A DNA stretch of 64,000 bases from Hydrurus foetidus. Its lineage: Eukaryota. The notes beneath the pieces are model-generated. The model had not been told where the DNA came from. It did not search any database and was given only the letters and a program-made list of their open reading frames with translations. Numbering within the stretch: the first letter of the stretch is position 1; every line of letters starts with the position of its first letter. A program made the position numbers and the translations under genes. Location: NCBI GenBank assembly GCA_900617105.1, contig UYFQ01000005.1, forward strand, positions 372,001 to 436,000, read 5' to 3'. Below are positions 35,083 through 45,788 of the stretch, piece by piece.

Positions 35083-35967
35083 ATGTTTGCTGAAAAAATC
35101 TCCTCTGGCCTTGCGCCTCCTGCCCTCCCCCATTACCGCTACCCCCGCGTGCTTTCCATTGCAGGCTCCGACAGCGCAGGGGCGGCAGGCATTCAGGCCG
35201 ATCTGAAAACCTTTGCGGCCCTGGGCTGTTACGGCATGACCGCCATCACCGCTGTCACAGCACAAAACACGCTCGGCGTGACAGCCATCCACGCCGTACC
35301 GCCAGACATCCTGCGGGCGCAAATTGACGCCGTAATGAGCGACATCGGTGTGGACGCCATCAAAATTGGCATGCTGCCCAGCCCCGAGGCCGTGCGTGTG
35401 GTGGCAGAAACACTGGCGCACTACCGCCCGCACCATGTGGTGCTTGACCCGGTGATGGTGGCCACCAGTGGCGACCGGTTGATGGCGGCTGAGACGGTAC
35501 AGGTGATGGTGGAATTGCTGTTTCCACAGGTCAGCGTGCTGACCCCCAACCTCGATGAAGCCGCTGTGCTGCTGGGCCACACCGTGCATAAAATCGAAGG
35601 GATGGAGGGAATGGAAGCTGCGGCGCATGGCGTGCGCGCGCAGGGTGCATCAGCGGTGCTGCTCAAAGGCGGCCACCTGCAAGGTGACACCGTGGTTGAT
35701 CTGCTGGCGGCAGCGGACGGCACCAGTTTGCGCTGGACAGCGCCCCGGATCGCCAGCCCGAATTTGCGCGGCACGGGCTGCACGCTGTCGTCCGCCATCG
35801 CGGCTCATTTGGCGCTAGGGCATGCCCTGCCCGTCGCTGTGAAATTGGCCCGCGCCTACCTCTTGCAAGCCATTGCCGCAGGGGTTGATGTGACCACCGG
35901 GCACGGACGCGGCCCGGTGAACCACGGCCATGCGCCCGTAGGCATGCACAAGCTGCTGGGGCAGTGA
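35083..35967 (+). CDS. thiD: Hydroxymethylpyrimidine/phosphomethylpyrimidine kinase
   Basis: LSIAGSDS.G.AGIQADLK, TAQNT, DPVMVATSG, TPN..EA, LKGGH and GTGCTLSSA motifs. Confidence 0.93.
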   Translation: MFAEKISSGLAPPALPHYRYPRVLSIAGSDSAGAAGIQADLKTFAALGCYGMTAITAVTAQNTLGVTAIHAVPPDILRAQIDAVMSDIGVDAIKIGMLPSPEAVRVVAETLAHYRPHHVVLDPVMVATSGDRLMAAETVQVMVELLFPQVSVLTPNLDEAAVLLGHTVHKIEGMEGMEAAAHGVRAQGASAVLLKGGHLQGDTVVDLLAAADGTSLRWTAPRIASPNLRGTGCTLSSAIAAHLALGHALPVAVKLARAYLLQAIAAGVDVTTGHGRGPVNHGHAPVGMHKLLGQ

Positions 35968-36008
35968 GCAAGCGGCAAACGCTGATCCGCCATCAGCACC
36001 ATCAGCGA

Positions 36009-36992
36009 TTAGCCCGCCTCACTCACCAACGCCAGCGCCGCGTAATCCCCCAACCGCAGCCCCAAACCCGCAGGCAGGAGTTTGAAATCGTCGGTCATGG
36101 ACGGCAGCTTGCCGCGTATCTCTGCCCGCAACTTGGGCAGCAGCAGATCTTGGTGGTGCCAGAAGACACTCCCGCCCATGCTGATGGCTTGCAAGTCCAG
36201 CGTGGCGACCAGGTTGTAGAGCATCCGTCCCATCACGCGGCACAGGGCATCGACTTGGGTGTTGGCTGCAGGGTCTCCCGCAGCGGCTTGGGTCAGCAGG
36301 GTTTCAGCGTCGATGCCGAAGCGGCGGGCAATGGCGTTGCCTGCGATCAAGCCTTCCACATCGCCTAAACTGCCGCAGCCGCACAGGGCCGCGTTGTCGT
36401 CGTCGCTGACAAACGAATGCCCGGCGTGACCGGCGTTGCCGTTTTTACCACGCAGGATATGGCCGCCTACGCACAGACCCACGCCCACACCAGTGCTCCA
36501 AGTGACGTAGGCGCAGTGGTCTAAGCCTTTCAAAGCGCCCCAGTGGCGTTCGGCTTCCAGCGCGGCAACGCCGTCGTTTTCGACCCGCACACTGAGAGGA
36601 ACATGGGGCGTGCGGGCTTGCAGGGCGACACGCAGAGGCGCTTCCAACGGGGCGGTCAGCCAGTCGTTGGGCAGACCTCGCGCAGGACCTGCCATGCCGC
36701 CGCAAATGTTGGGCGAGGCCAGTTCTACCTGACCTTGGTTCAGCACAAACGGGCCGCAGGATGAGACACCCACAGCGGTCAACGGCGTGACGGGGACACC
36801 CTGTGCATGCGCCAGCGCGGTGGCTTCGTCGATCAAGCGCAGCACCTGCTGGGCCAATGCGTCGTTGGCACCTGTTTTGGCGGTAGGTTCGGACACGCGG
36901 GTGGTGAGCAGCAGTTGATCGTCGCCCGACGTTTGCGCAAGGGCTAGGGTGACAGCTACTTTGGTGCCGCCGATGTCTACACAGGCTTTCAT
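36009..36992 (-). CDS. ROK-family protein (sugar kinase-like)
   Basis: VDIGGTK, VEND, STGVG.G and GH...CGCG..G..E motifs. Confidence 0.88.
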   Translation of the reverse strand: MKACVDIGGTKVAVTLALAQTSGDDQLLLTTRVSEPTAKTGANDALAQQVLRLIDEATALAHAQGVPVTPLTAVGVSSCGPFVLNQGQVELASPNICGGMAGPARGLPNDWLTAPLEAPLRVALQARTPHVPLSVRVENDGVAALEAERHWGALKGLDHCAYVTWSTGVGVGLCVGGHILRGKNGNAGHAGHSFVSDDDNAALCGCGSLGDVEGLIAGNAIARRFGIDAETLLTQAAAGDPAANTQVDALCRVMGRMLYNLVATLDLQAISMGGSVFWHHQDLLLPKLRAEIRGKLPSMTDDFKLLPAGLGLRLGDYAALALVSEAG

Positions 36993-37026
36993 GAAGTTTC
37001 CTCTTGTCGTTTTACTCAAACAAATA

Positions 37027-37221
37027 TCAAACAAATTTGGCAATGGCGCTGGCCACAAAGCTCAGCAAAACAGTGGTGGTGACGGGCACATACCACTCGC
37101 GCCCGAACAGCTTGAAACGCAAATCTCCCGGCAGCTTGCCAAAGCCCAAGCGCTGCAACAGCGGGCTGAACCAGCTGATGCACACCAGCGCGAGGAAAAT
37201 GACGATGAACCAGCGGATCAT
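37027..37221 (-). CDS. DUF2905 small membrane protein
   Basis: LGFGKLPGD.RF......YVP.TT.VLLS motif. Confidence 0.85.
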   Translation of the reverse strand: MIRWFIVIFLALVCISWFSPLLQRLGFGKLPGDLRFKLFGREWYVPVTTTVLLSFVASAIAKFV

Positions 37222-37234
37222 GGGGTAGGCAAGT

Positions 37235-38413
37235 TCACAGCGTGTGCGAGCGGTCGCCAGCTGTGAAGCCCAGCGGCTCCCAGGCCGTGGTGGCACCTGC
37301 CGCCTTAAGGGACTTTCCAAAAGCCATCACCTTGAACAACTCGCCCATCTCGTGTTCGGTCATCAATTTCTGTGCTTGCGCAATCTCTACCTGCGTAGCG
37401 TGCTCTAATTTTGAGAGCAAACCGCAGTTCATCAGGAAGCGGGCTTGGCAGGCGTAGCCCAGCACATCCAGCCCTGCGTCTTGCGCGGCCAAGGCGATGC
37501 CGGTGAAGTTGACGTGGGCGGTGATGTCTTTGTGGCCCAGCTCGGTCAGCGGATCGCCACCCGCCTTGTGCGCTTGGTGGCACATCAAGGTGCCCATGTG
37601 GCGCTGCGGGTGGTAGTACTCGCTCTCAGGAAAGCCGTAGTCGATGAAGAACGCAGCCCCCTTTGTCAGGCGATCAGCCAGGGTACGTATGAAGGCTTCG
37701 GCTTGGGGATGAATTTCAGTCAGGTAATCGTGTTCGCCATCAATTTCGACGGGGGGACGCAAATCGGTCGCTTGGTCAGCCCAGTGCAACGCACCCTCGT
37801 GCAGCGCCACGCCGCGCTCCACCCACACACCACTTTGGCGGGCCAGCAGTTTGACGGGCATCGCGTCCAGCACCTCATTGCCCACCAGCACGCCTTGCAT
37901 CGTGTCAGGCAGCTCACTGACCCAACGCACTTGGTCGCCAAACGCGGCCAGTTGCTGCTGTTGGCGCTCGCGCAGGGTGCCGGAAAGGTCAACGATGGTG
38001 TAGCGGCGAACGGGTTTGGCACACAGCTCGGTATCAGCCAATGCCTGTAAAAGCTGCAAGGCCAGCACGCCTGAGCCTGCGCCAAACTCCCAAATTTCAT
38101 CGGTGCCTGTGGCTTCCAGCGCCTGTGCCACCTGCACCGCCAACGACTGGCCAAAGTAGGACGACAGCTCGGGGGCCGTCACAAAATCGCTGCCCGACTG
38201 GGGGAGTGTGCCGAATTTACGCGAACTGTTGGCGTAATAGCCCATGCCAGGTGCGTAGAGCGCCAGGGCCATGAAGCGGTCAAAGCCGATCCAGCCGCCG
38301 TTGGTGGTAATGGTTTGGGTCACCAACGACAACAAGGCGGCGCTGAGCGACGACGCGGCAGGGGCCATGACAGGCAGGGATGGGCTGGGTAAACTGGTAG
38401 ATTGTGTTTTCAC
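37235..38413 (-). CDS. MidA/DUF185-family SAM-dependent methyltransferase
   Basis: FM..ALY.P..GYY, DFVTAPE, EFGAGSG, NEVLDAMP, IDYG, DITAHVNF and MGELFKV motifs. Confidence 0.92.
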   Translation of the reverse strand: MKTQSTSLPSPSLPVMAPAASSLSAALLSLVTQTITTNGGWIGFDRFMALALYAPGMGYYANSSRKFGTLPQSGSDFVTAPELSSYFGQSLAVQVAQALEATGTDEIWEFGAGSGVLALQLLQALADTELCAKPVRRYTIVDLSGTLRERQQQQLAAFGDQVRWVSELPDTMQGVLVGNEVLDAMPVKLLARQSGVWVERGVALHEGALHWADQATDLRPPVEIDGEHDYLTEIHPQAEAFIRTLADRLTKGAAFFIDYGFPESEYYHPQRHMGTLMCHQAHKAGGDPLTELGHKDITAHVNFTGIALAAQDAGLDVLGYACQARFLMNCGLLSKLEHATQVEIAQAQKLMTEHEMGELFKVMAFGKSLKAAGATTAWEPLGFTAGDRSHTL

Positions 38414-38431
38414 ACCGGGATTGTCTCTCCA

Positions 38432-39265
38432 ATGCAGCCTCTTTTACCCACTGACACCCCTTCAGACACGCCGAATGGCACTCGTACCGCGCTCGTAACC
38501 GGCGCGGGCAAACGCCTGGGCCGCGAGATCGCTCTGCACCTCGCGCAGCATGGCTGGCAAGTGGCCGTGCATTACCGACAGTCCAAAGAAGATGCACTTA
38601 AAACTGTAGCTGACTGTGCAAGCTACACCAGCGGATCAGCCGCTTTTGATGCGGATTTTGAGGATGAAGCAGCGGTGCGGAGCCTGGTGCCGCGTGTGGT
38701 GGCCCATTTCGGCCACCTGGACGCGGTGGTCAACAGCGCCTCCACCTTCGAGCACGACGATGCCGCCAGCTTCAGCTACGCCCATTTCACCCGGCACCTG
38801 CTGGGCAACACCGCCGCGCCGATTCTGCTGGCGCAAGCGTTGCACAGCCATGTGCGTGAGCGTCACGTCAATGGCGCGGCGAACAGGGATGTGAATGGCG
38901 TGGTGAACGGGGTGGTGGTGAACCTGCTCGATCAAAAGCTGTGGAACCCCAACCCCGATTTCTTGAGCTACACCCTCTCCAAAGCCGCGCTGGAATCCGC
39001 CAACACCTTGCTCGCTCAAGCCCTGGCCCCGGCCCTGCGCGTGGTGGGCGTGGCCCCCGGTTTGACGCTCACCAGCCACATGCTCAGCGACGCTCAATTC
39101 CAAGGGCTGCACAAGCTTTCGCCGCTGGGCCGCTCATCCACCGTACAAGACGTGGTGGCAACGGTGCGGTTTGCGCTGGAAAACCAGTCCATCACCGGCA
39201 CCACGTTGCTGGTCGATGGCGGCCAGCATTTGATGCGCTTTGAGCGCGATTTTTCGCTGATGTGA
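38432..39265 (+). CDS. SDR oxidoreductase, pteridine reductase/FolM-like
   Basis: LVTGAGKRLG, VVNSAS.F, Y...K and ITG....VDGG motifs; upstream of folB. Confidence 0.85.
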   Translation: MQPLLPTDTPSDTPNGTRTALVTGAGKRLGREIALHLAQHGWQVAVHYRQSKEDALKTVADCASYTSGSAAFDADFEDEAAVRSLVPRVVAHFGHLDAVVNSASTFEHDDAASFSYAHFTRHLLGNTAAPILLAQALHSHVRERHVNGAANRDVNGVVNGVVVNLLDQKLWNPNPDFLSYTLSKAALESANTLLAQALAPALRVVGVAPGLTLTSHMLSDAQFQGLHKLSPLGRSSTVQDVVATVRFALENQSITGTTLLVDGGQHLMRFERDFSLM

Positions 39266-39297
39266 ATCGACTTCATCCTTAACTTAACCCTCCCCAT

Positions 39298-39666
39298 ATG
39301 GCATCCAAAGGCACCCAAATACTCACCCTCACGGGCCTGCGCTTCGACGCGAACCTGGGCATCCTCGACTCCGAAAAAGTCGCCCCGCAGCCCATCCGCG
39401 TGGACGCTGAGCTGAACCTCGGCACCCAGGCACTGCTGCCGCAAGACGACGATATTTCACAGGTGCTGGACTACCGCAAAGTACGCCAAATCATCATCGA
39501 CGAATGCACCGAACGCCACATCAACCTGCTGGAAAGCCTGATCGGCAAAGTCGCCCACCGGCTGATGCAACTGCACGGCGTGCTGGGCGTGCGGGTGAAG
39601 ATCGCCAAGCTGGAGATTTTTGAGGATTGCGAGGTGGCGATTCGGGTGGAAACGGGGCAGTGGTAG
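39298..39666 (+). CDS. folB: Dihydroneopterin aldolase
   Basis: LGI...E...PQP...D, D.I..VLDY, H.NLLESL and V...K motifs. Confidence 0.88.
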   Translation: MASKGTQILTLTGLRFDANLGILDSEKVAPQPIRVDAELNLGTQALLPQDDDISQVLDYRKVRQIIIDECTERHINLLESLIGKVAHRLMQLHGVLGVRVKIAKLEIFEDCEVAIRVETGQW

Positions 39667-39682
39667 CGGTTAAACGCCACTA

Positions 39683-39710
39683 GACGTACAATTATTTCAA
39701 CTTGTACGTC
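39683..39710. promoter_or_regulatory. Inverted repeat, probable TA autorepression operator
   Basis: Perfect GACGTACAA-N10-TTGTACGTC, 17 bp upstream of the antitoxin start. Confidence 0.65.
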
Positions 39711-39727
39711 AATCTTTCTGGAGTGTC

Positions 39728-40027
39728 ATGAACACCAAACTCACCTTGCGCATGGACGATGCGCTGATCGCCGACGCCAAAGCCTACGCAGCCGAACATG
39801 GGCGGTCTTTGTCGCAAATGGTGGCGGATTACTTTGCGGTCTTAGCGAAAGCACGCAACACGTCCAGCAAGACAAAAGTGCAAAGCAACTGGGAGAACAC
39901 GCTTAACCCATTGACGAAGCGCTTGCTGGGTGCGGCCATTCCCCAAAACGGCGCAACCCCAGCCACGATGGTCGATTACTACGCCCACCTCAAAGCAAAG
40001 CACATGGGCGAAGGAAACCTGCCGTGA
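39728..40027 (+). CDS. DUF6364-like RHH antitoxin
   Basis: MNTKLTLRMD..LI..AK.YA...G.SLS.MV.DYF; GTGA overlap with the PIN gene. Confidence 0.82.
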   Translation: MNTKLTLRMDDALIADAKAYAAEHGRSLSQMVADYFAVLAKARNTSSKTKVQSNWENTLNPLTKRLLGAAIPQNGATPATMVDYYAHLKAKHMGEGNLP

Positions 40028-40434
40028 AGGCGCTGATCGACACCAATGTGTTTTTGGATGTGCTGTTACGCCGCGAGGGCCTCGTGGAAGGCAGCGCCAA
40101 AGCGTTGTCTCACATCGAGAATGCGGTACAAAGTGGCATCGTTTGTTCGATCTCCATCACAACGATGCACTACATGCTCAAGCGCAGCAAGGGTGAAAAA
40201 GCTGCACGCGAAGACATCCATGCCGTGCTGCAAAGCATGGAACTTGCATCCGTTTCTCGTTCCACGCTGGATGCAGCCATCAACAGCCCCATGACCGACT
40301 TTGAAGATGCCGTCATCGCCCACGCGGCACAGCAAGCGGGTGCGCAGGCCATCATCACCCGCAACCTCAAAGACTTCGCCCGCAGCCCTGTGCCCGCTTA
40401 CACACCGGAGCAGTGGTTGATGATGCCGGGGTAG
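40024..40434 (+). CDS. PIN-domain toxin
   Basis: LIDTNVFLD, DFEDA and IITRN.KDF motifs. Confidence 0.88.
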   Translation: MKALIDTNVFLDVLLRREGLVEGSAKALSHIENAVQSGIVCSISITTMHYMLKRSKGEKAAREDIHAVLQSMELASVSRSTLDAAINSPMTDFEDAVIAHAAQQAGAQAIITRNLKDFARSPVPAYTPEQWLMMPG

Positions 40435-40457
40435 CTCGCGCCACCGCCCCCCGCCCC

Positions 40458-42980
40458 TCAAAACGTCGTATCCCGATCAAGATGGTGCCGCACTGGTAAA
40501 TAAATACGAAACACGGCTCCGCCTTCCGGTATGTTGTCCGCTTCGATGTAGCCCCCATGTGCATCCACAATTTTTCGGCATATGGCCAAACCTAAACCTG
40601 TGCCGCCGGAGCCGTCTTTGGTCGTGCTGGATTGGACGAAAGCTTCAAAAATAGCCTCTAACTCAGCCGCTGGGATGCCCACACCGTGATCGCGCACGCT
40701 GATACAGATGCGCTCGTCATCCACCACCTCACCGCGCACCACGATTTCTGACTGCTGGGGTGAAAACTTGATGGCGTTGGCCATCACGTTGCGCACCACC
40801 TGCTGAAAACGCAGGGGGTCTACCTTGGCAATCAGTGCGTCGTCTCCCAGCTCGCAGTCAAGGTGAAGCTGCTTTTGATCGATCAATGGACTCAGTTCTT
40901 GCAGCACCACCTTAACCAACCCACGCAGATCGGCCCTCTCCAAGCTGATCGAACCGACAGCGCTTTCAATCCTAGAAACGTCCAACAGGTTGTTCACCAG
41001 CGCCAACATGCGAGTGCCCGACGCATGTATTTCAGAGAACATGTTTTGCAATTTTGGGTTTTCACGGCCGCGCATGGTGCCCAACTCTGAAAACCCCAAA
41101 ATAGACTGCAAAGGCGTGCGCAGTTCATGGCTGATATTGGCAATGAACTCTGATTTGACACGCGAGGACTCTTCAGCCGCATCACGCGCCTCGCGGGTAG
41201 TACGCTCTGCCTCACGGAACTCACTCACGTCCATCATGGTGCTGAGCAAGCCCGCGCCATGAATGCCATCGCTTGGCAAGGTGACTTTGGTGACCACCAC
41301 ATCTCGGCGCGTGCCGTCGCGGTGAACAACCTTGGCCTCATAACGCAGCGTCCCTCCCAAAATGCGCAAATCCGCATCCTGCTGGGCATGAAAAGCGGCA
41401 TCAGCACTGGACATAAAGTACGAACCACGCTGCCCCAACACGTTATGGCGTGACTGGCCCATGAAGTCTTCCCATGCACGGTTCACCGTGACATACCGCC
41501 CTTGCGCATCGAAGGTGGCCACGGGCAGAGGACTGATTTCCAGCAACAAGCCCACAAAAGCCAGCTGTTGCTGCAAGGCTTTTTCAGCCTCAAAACGTGC
41601 CGTAATGTCCACGGCACTGCCCGCAAAGCCCACGAGTTTGGTATCCACGAGCAGGGGCACCACAGCAATATCAAAGCGGCGCAAACCTCCGTTGCCAGAG
41701 TTCATGTTGGCAGTCGTTGTTCGCACGCCTTTGCTCATATCCTGTGTAAACAGATGGGTGACACCAAGACGGTCTTCGGGCTCAACCAAATCCATTAACG
41801 GTTGATTTAACGCCTGCTCCACACTCTGGCCACGCAGTGCTGACCAGCGGTCATTCACATAAATGATGGCACCTTGAAGGTCAGTGCGAAAAATTAACTC
41901 TTGCACACTTTTGACCAAAACCCGGAGTTCGCGCTCGCGGCGAACTACGGTCAGACGAGCTTCACCCAACAAAGCATTGGCTTTTTCACGTGAACGCAAA
42001 CTGCGTTGTACCGCCAACGTCATCGTGGCTAAAAAAACAACAATCAAGATGCCCGCCACACCGAACCAGCGCACAGCGTCAACCCACAGCGCCAACGTAT
42101 CAGCATAGGGGTGCTCCACAATAACCACCAAAGGTCTGGTCTTGGAAAGCCTGAACGCAACAACCTGTTGCCCCGCAGAGGCACCAACGCCCAAGTAGCT
42201 GGCGTGCTCTGTTTGCGGCAGATACTGGCTGAATACAGGATGATCGTGGACAACGCTCCCGAGAGGCAACGCTGCACCTCCACTGCTGGCAAGAATTTCA
42301 CCCGTGTAACTGAGCAGGTATGCGGCTGTAGCGGGGTTGTTCAGCGTCAGCAACTGAAAGCTTGCGTAAGAGTCAGGGTTGATCAAGGCCACAAAATAGA
42401 AAACTTGGCCAGCTTGGTCTTTTAAGCTGCGAAGAAACGGAATGAAACCCACCTGATCGGGCAGCTTTGGTGCAATGGCATTAATACGCATGACGGCCAA
42501 GTCACGACCTGCAACAAACCCACCCAGCAAGTCCTTGCCTGCTGCAGGCAAGACACCAAATCTCTTAAGCTCAGTCTGCATACCGAGATCATTGGCATTC
42601 GAACTTGCCACAACCATCCCATTGGCATCTATCAAGCTCAGGCTGCGCACATTGGGCAGTACTGACAAGGCTTGTGCCAGCATTTGATCTGCCCGCATAG
42701 CACCGCCAAACACATCCGTGTAGACCAAATCGGCAGCCAGAAAACCCAACGTGACTGAAACAGTTTCAAGGGAACGCGTAGCCTGGTCATCCAGCACCCT
42801 GGCGAGCAATGACACCCTCTCACGTTCAGCGCGCAACGCCTCACGGTGTTCATACCAACCCAAAACCACCAGCGCCAAAACAGTCACCAGCGTCAGCAAG
42901 GTGCCAACCATGGCGGGCAAAACCGCAGCCAATCGAGAAACCCAAGGCGACTGGGAACTGGCAGGTTGATTGATATTCAC
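40458..42980 (-). CDS. Membrane sensor histidine kinase (periplasmic Cache-like, two PAS, HisKA, HATPase)
   Basis: Two TM segments; FIANISHELRTPL, NAIKFS, D.G.GI and GGTGLGLAI; GTG start with GAGG RBS. Confidence 0.9.
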   Translation of the reverse strand: MNINQPASSQSPWVSRLAAVLPAMVGTLLTLVTVLALVVLGWYEHREALRAERERVSLLARVLDDQATRSLETVSVTLGFLAADLVYTDVFGGAMRADQMLAQALSVLPNVRSLSLIDANGMVVASSNANDLGMQTELKRFGVLPAAGKDLLGGFVAGRDLAVMRINAIAPKLPDQVGFIPFLRSLKDQAGQVFYFVALINPDSYASFQLLTLNNPATAAYLLSYTGEILASSGGAALPLGSVVHDHPVFSQYLPQTEHASYLGVGASAGQQVVAFRLSKTRPLVVIVEHPYADTLALWVDAVRWFGVAGILIVVFLATMTLAVQRSLRSREKANALLGEARLTVVRRERELRVLVKSVQELIFRTDLQGAIIYVNDRWSALRGQSVEQALNQPLMDLVEPEDRLGVTHLFTQDMSKGVRTTTANMNSGNGGLRRFDIAVVPLLVDTKLVGFAGSAVDITARFEAEKALQQQLAFVGLLLEISPLPVATFDAQGRYVTVNRAWEDFMGQSRHNVLGQRGSYFMSSADAAFHAQQDADLRILGGTLRYEAKVVHRDGTRRDVVVTKVTLPSDGIHGAGLLSTMMDVSEFREAERTTREARDAAEESSRVKSEFIANISHELRTPLQSILGFSELGTMRGRENPKLQNMFSEIHASGTRMLALVNNLLDVSRIESAVGSISLERADLRGLVKVVLQELSPLIDQKQLHLDCELGDDALIAKVDPLRFQQVVRNVMANAIKFSPQQSEIVVRGEVVDDERICISVRDHGVGIPAAELEAIFEAFVQSSTTKDGSGGTGLGLAICRKIVDAHGGYIEADNIPEGGAVFRIYLPVRHHLDRDTTF

Positions 42981-42993
42981 ACCTCGCTCGGTC

Positions 42994-43803
42994 TCAGTTA
43001 CGCACAACAATAGGCGATAGCCGGTGGCGTGCGGCGGCAGCGTCCAGGCGACCATCGCGTTTGATACGGCCGACAAACTCATCAATTTGTGCTAGCCAAG
43101 CATCATCCCCTGGCTTGACAGCGTACCCATAAGGCAGCACGTAGAAAGGGGCTGGTGGTGCAATAAGGCGAGCCCAATCTGCACTGTCCAGCAGGCGGCG
43201 GCTGTAAGGGTAATCTGTCATGAACACATCAATACGGCCGGACTCCAGTTCACGTTCACGGGTGCTCGGGGGCTTCACCACGACCATTTGCGCCTCTTTG
43301 AGTTGTGCTTTCATGATCGGCTCCATGAAAGTCCCCGCTTGCACCCCCACTTGAACGCCAGGCTTGTCAATGTCAGACCACTGGCGAACAGCTCGGTTGC
43401 TCTTGGTGCTCACAGCGTAAATATCACTTTGCATATAGGGTCGAGAAAATTTAAGCTGCTGTAGCCGTTGCGGCAGCATGCCCACGGCAAACATAGCCAC
43501 ATCACAGCGATCCGTCAGGAGATCGTCCACCAAGGTCACAAACGAAGAATCAACATACTGTACTTTAACGTTGAGATCACGTCCCAACTCAGCAGACAAA
43601 TCCACATCAATGCCGGCGAGCTGCTGTGTATTGGCGTTGCGGTGACTCACTCCGTAGTAATCAGGCCATATGCACACACGCACAACACCTGATGTTTTGA
43701 CACGCTCACGGATCGGCCCCGGCATTGAAGTTGCCGCGCACGCGTTGCCAACAAACAAAGCCAACAAGGCATAAGCGCAGTGCTTGAAAAAAGTATTCGA
43801 CAT
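42994..43803 (-). CDS. Periplasmic substrate-binding protein (polar amino acid family 3-like)
   Basis: Signal peptide; G..RV.IWPDYYG, GIDVDL and R.....FS.PY motifs. Confidence 0.85.
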   Translation of the reverse strand: MSNTFFKHCAYALLALFVGNACAATSMPGPIRERVKTSGVVRVCIWPDYYGVSHRNANTQQLAGIDVDLSAELGRDLNVKVQYVDSSFVTLVDDLLTDRCDVAMFAVGMLPQRLQQLKFSRPYMQSDIYAVSTKSNRAVRQWSDIDKPGVQVGVQAGTFMEPIMKAQLKEAQMVVVKPPSTRERELESGRIDVFMTDYPYSRRLLDSADWARLIAPPAPFYVLPYGYAVKPGDDAWLAQIDEFVGRIKRDGRLDAAAARHRLSPIVVRN

Positions 43804-43838
43804 AAGATTTCCCGATTTCATAGAACGTATAAAAAATA

Positions 43839-44618
43839 TCAGCCCGCATCAACCAGATCATTGAAAGTTGGACGGGCTTGGTTGATGCGCTCGCGCAAAG
43901 CAATCAGCATCGGTGCATGGGTCATGAACACATCGACGATAGCCGGGTCAAACGCCAGACCACGCTGCTCCGCGAGCATGCTCAGCGCTTTGTCATAAGA
44001 GAATGCCGACCGGTAGCAACGGTCCATCGTCAGCGCATCAAAGAAATCAACCACCGAAACAATGCGCCCCGACAAAGGTATCGCCTCGCCGGCCAACTGG
44101 CTAGGGTAGCCAGTACCATCCCAACGCTCGTGGTGTGACAGGGCCAGCTCAGCCGCCATTTGGAACAAGGGAATGCGTGAGCGCCCCAAAATCTCGGCCC
44201 CCATCGCGGCATGCTCATTCATGATGGTGCGCTCATCAGGCAAGAATGAACCCGGTTTTTTCAGCACATAGTCAGGAATACCAATTTTGCCAATGTCATG
44301 CATGGGTGCTGCTTTACGCAGCATCCGTGCAGCAGCTTTGCTTTGCCCCAAGAGCAGCGCCAAGGCTTCAGACAGAAAACCGATGCGAATGATGTGTACC
44401 CCAGTATCGTCGTCCTTCAAATCTGCGGCCAAAGACAAACGAAACAACGCCTCGTGGTGAGCACGAGAAACCTCCTCCAGCGCCTCATTGCGCTCACGGT
44501 ACATGCGTCCAAAATCGCCGACAAGACGCTCCATTTGACGGGTTGCAGCCTCTGAAAAACTGTTCCCAGAATGCTGGAAAAGGGTGTCAACCGAGTGGCT
44601 CATCAAACCTGTATTCAT
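43839..44618 (-). CDS. HD-GYP phosphodiesterase
   Basis: DDDTGVH, HDIGKIG, HHERWDGTGYP and D.FDALT..R.Y motifs. Confidence 0.92.
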   Translation of the reverse strand: MNTGLMSHSVDTLFQHSGNSFSEAATRQMERLVGDFGRMYRERNEALEEVSRAHHEALFRLSLAADLKDDDTGVHIIRIGFLSEALALLLGQSKAAARMLRKAAPMHDIGKIGIPDYVLKKPGSFLPDERTIMNEHAAMGAEILGRSRIPLFQMAAELALSHHERWDGTGYPSQLAGEAIPLSGRIVSVVDFFDALTMDRCYRSAFSYDKALSMLAEQRGLAFDPAIVDVFMTHAPMLIALRERINQARPTFNDLVDAG

Positions 44619-44980
44619 ACGAACTCCAGTAAATCGCTGATGTTGTCAATCAACTGCAAAGGGCTGAAAGGCTTGACCAAGTAGGCATCAGCCCCTGCAC
44701 GCAAACCCGCTTCCAAATCTTCACTGCGCCCCCGAGCTGTGAGCAAGAGCACACAGGGCGGCGTGTCTTGCGTCTTGAACAAACGGCACACTTCTAAGCC
44801 ATCAAGCGCCCCCGGCATCATCACGTCAAGCAAAACCAGATCAGGCTTAACCTGCTCAGCCAAGAAGAGCCCCGCAGCACCATCAGCGGCCTCAAAAATC
44901 TCATACGCATCAAACTCCAACGTCATGCGGATCAAGCGGCGAATGTCGGCATGGTCTTCAACGATCAATATTCTTTTCAT
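44615..44980 (-). CDS. Single-domain response regulator
   Basis: ILIVEDH, LLDVMMPG, LLTA and YLVKPF motifs. Confidence 0.92.
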   Translation of the reverse strand: MKRILIVEDHADIRRLIRMTLEFDAYEIFEAADGAAGLFLAEQVKPDLVLLDVMMPGALDGLEVCRLFKTQDTPPCVLLLTARGRSEDLEAGLRAGADAYLVKPFSPLQLIDNISDLLEFV

Positions 44981-45123
44981 ATCGCACCTCATCTTAAGGT
45001 TGTAGGTAAGAGGTCTGCTAAACAACCTCGATGAATGAATCATATCTACTATTTTTATCACTTGCAAGTTAAATGGTTATTCATTGGTGTCAATTTCAAG
45101 AGATATGACACTAAAATCAAAAC

Positions 45124-45780
45124 ATGAACAACCTCACTCACCCCGGCAGCACTACCACCTTGAAAGACCACATCAGCACACTGGAAGTCGCCAAGCTATT
45201 GGGTATGGCAGTGCGTTCGGTGCAGTTGATGGTGGATCGAGGTGATTTAGAGGCTTGGAAAACGCCAGGCGGACACCGCCGCATCACCCGTCAATCGGTA
45301 GAGCGCTGGCGCGGTGGCGAACGACAAGCCTCGGTGACGCAAAGCACATCCACATCAGGCGCAACGCCGCGTGAAAAAAACACAGACACTGCGCGAATCT
45401 TGCTGATTGAAGATTCGATGCATTTTCAAAATTTGATGAAACTGCTTCTGAATCAGCAGTTCCCTGGTGTTCGTTTGGATGTTGCCAGCGATGGCATCTC
45501 AGGCTTGGCCTTGGCTGGACAGTTTCAGCCCGACATCTTGATTGTGGATATTTTGTTACCCGGCATAGACGGCGCAACACTGATCACAGGTTTGCGTTCG
45601 CACCCCCAGTTTCATGCCATGCAGCTGATTGTGTGTACCTCGCTGGGCGTCGATCAATTGGCACCGTATGCCTTTGCGTTGAACGGCATTCCCGTCATTC
45701 ACAAGCCCCGAATGGTCGCTGACCTGCCACCGTTGCTGGTACAGATTTTGAAAAAAATCCCTCTCAAGCAGCAGGCATAG
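45124..45780 (+). CDS. Excisionase-like HTH + receiver domain regulator
   Basis: ST.EVAKLLG....SVQ..VD.G.L.AWKTPGGHRRI, then ILLIED...VDILLPGIDG. Confidence 0.88.
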   Translation: MNNLTHPGSTTTLKDHISTLEVAKLLGMAVRSVQLMVDRGDLEAWKTPGGHRRITRQSVERWRGGERQASVTQSTSTSGATPREKNTDTARILLIEDSMHFQNLMKLLLNQQFPGVRLDVASDGISGLALAGQFQPDILIVDILLPGIDGATLITGLRSHPQFHAMQLIVCTSLGVDQLAPYAFALNGIPVIHKPRMVADLPPLLVQILKKIPLKQQA

Positions 45781-45788
45781 CCATACCT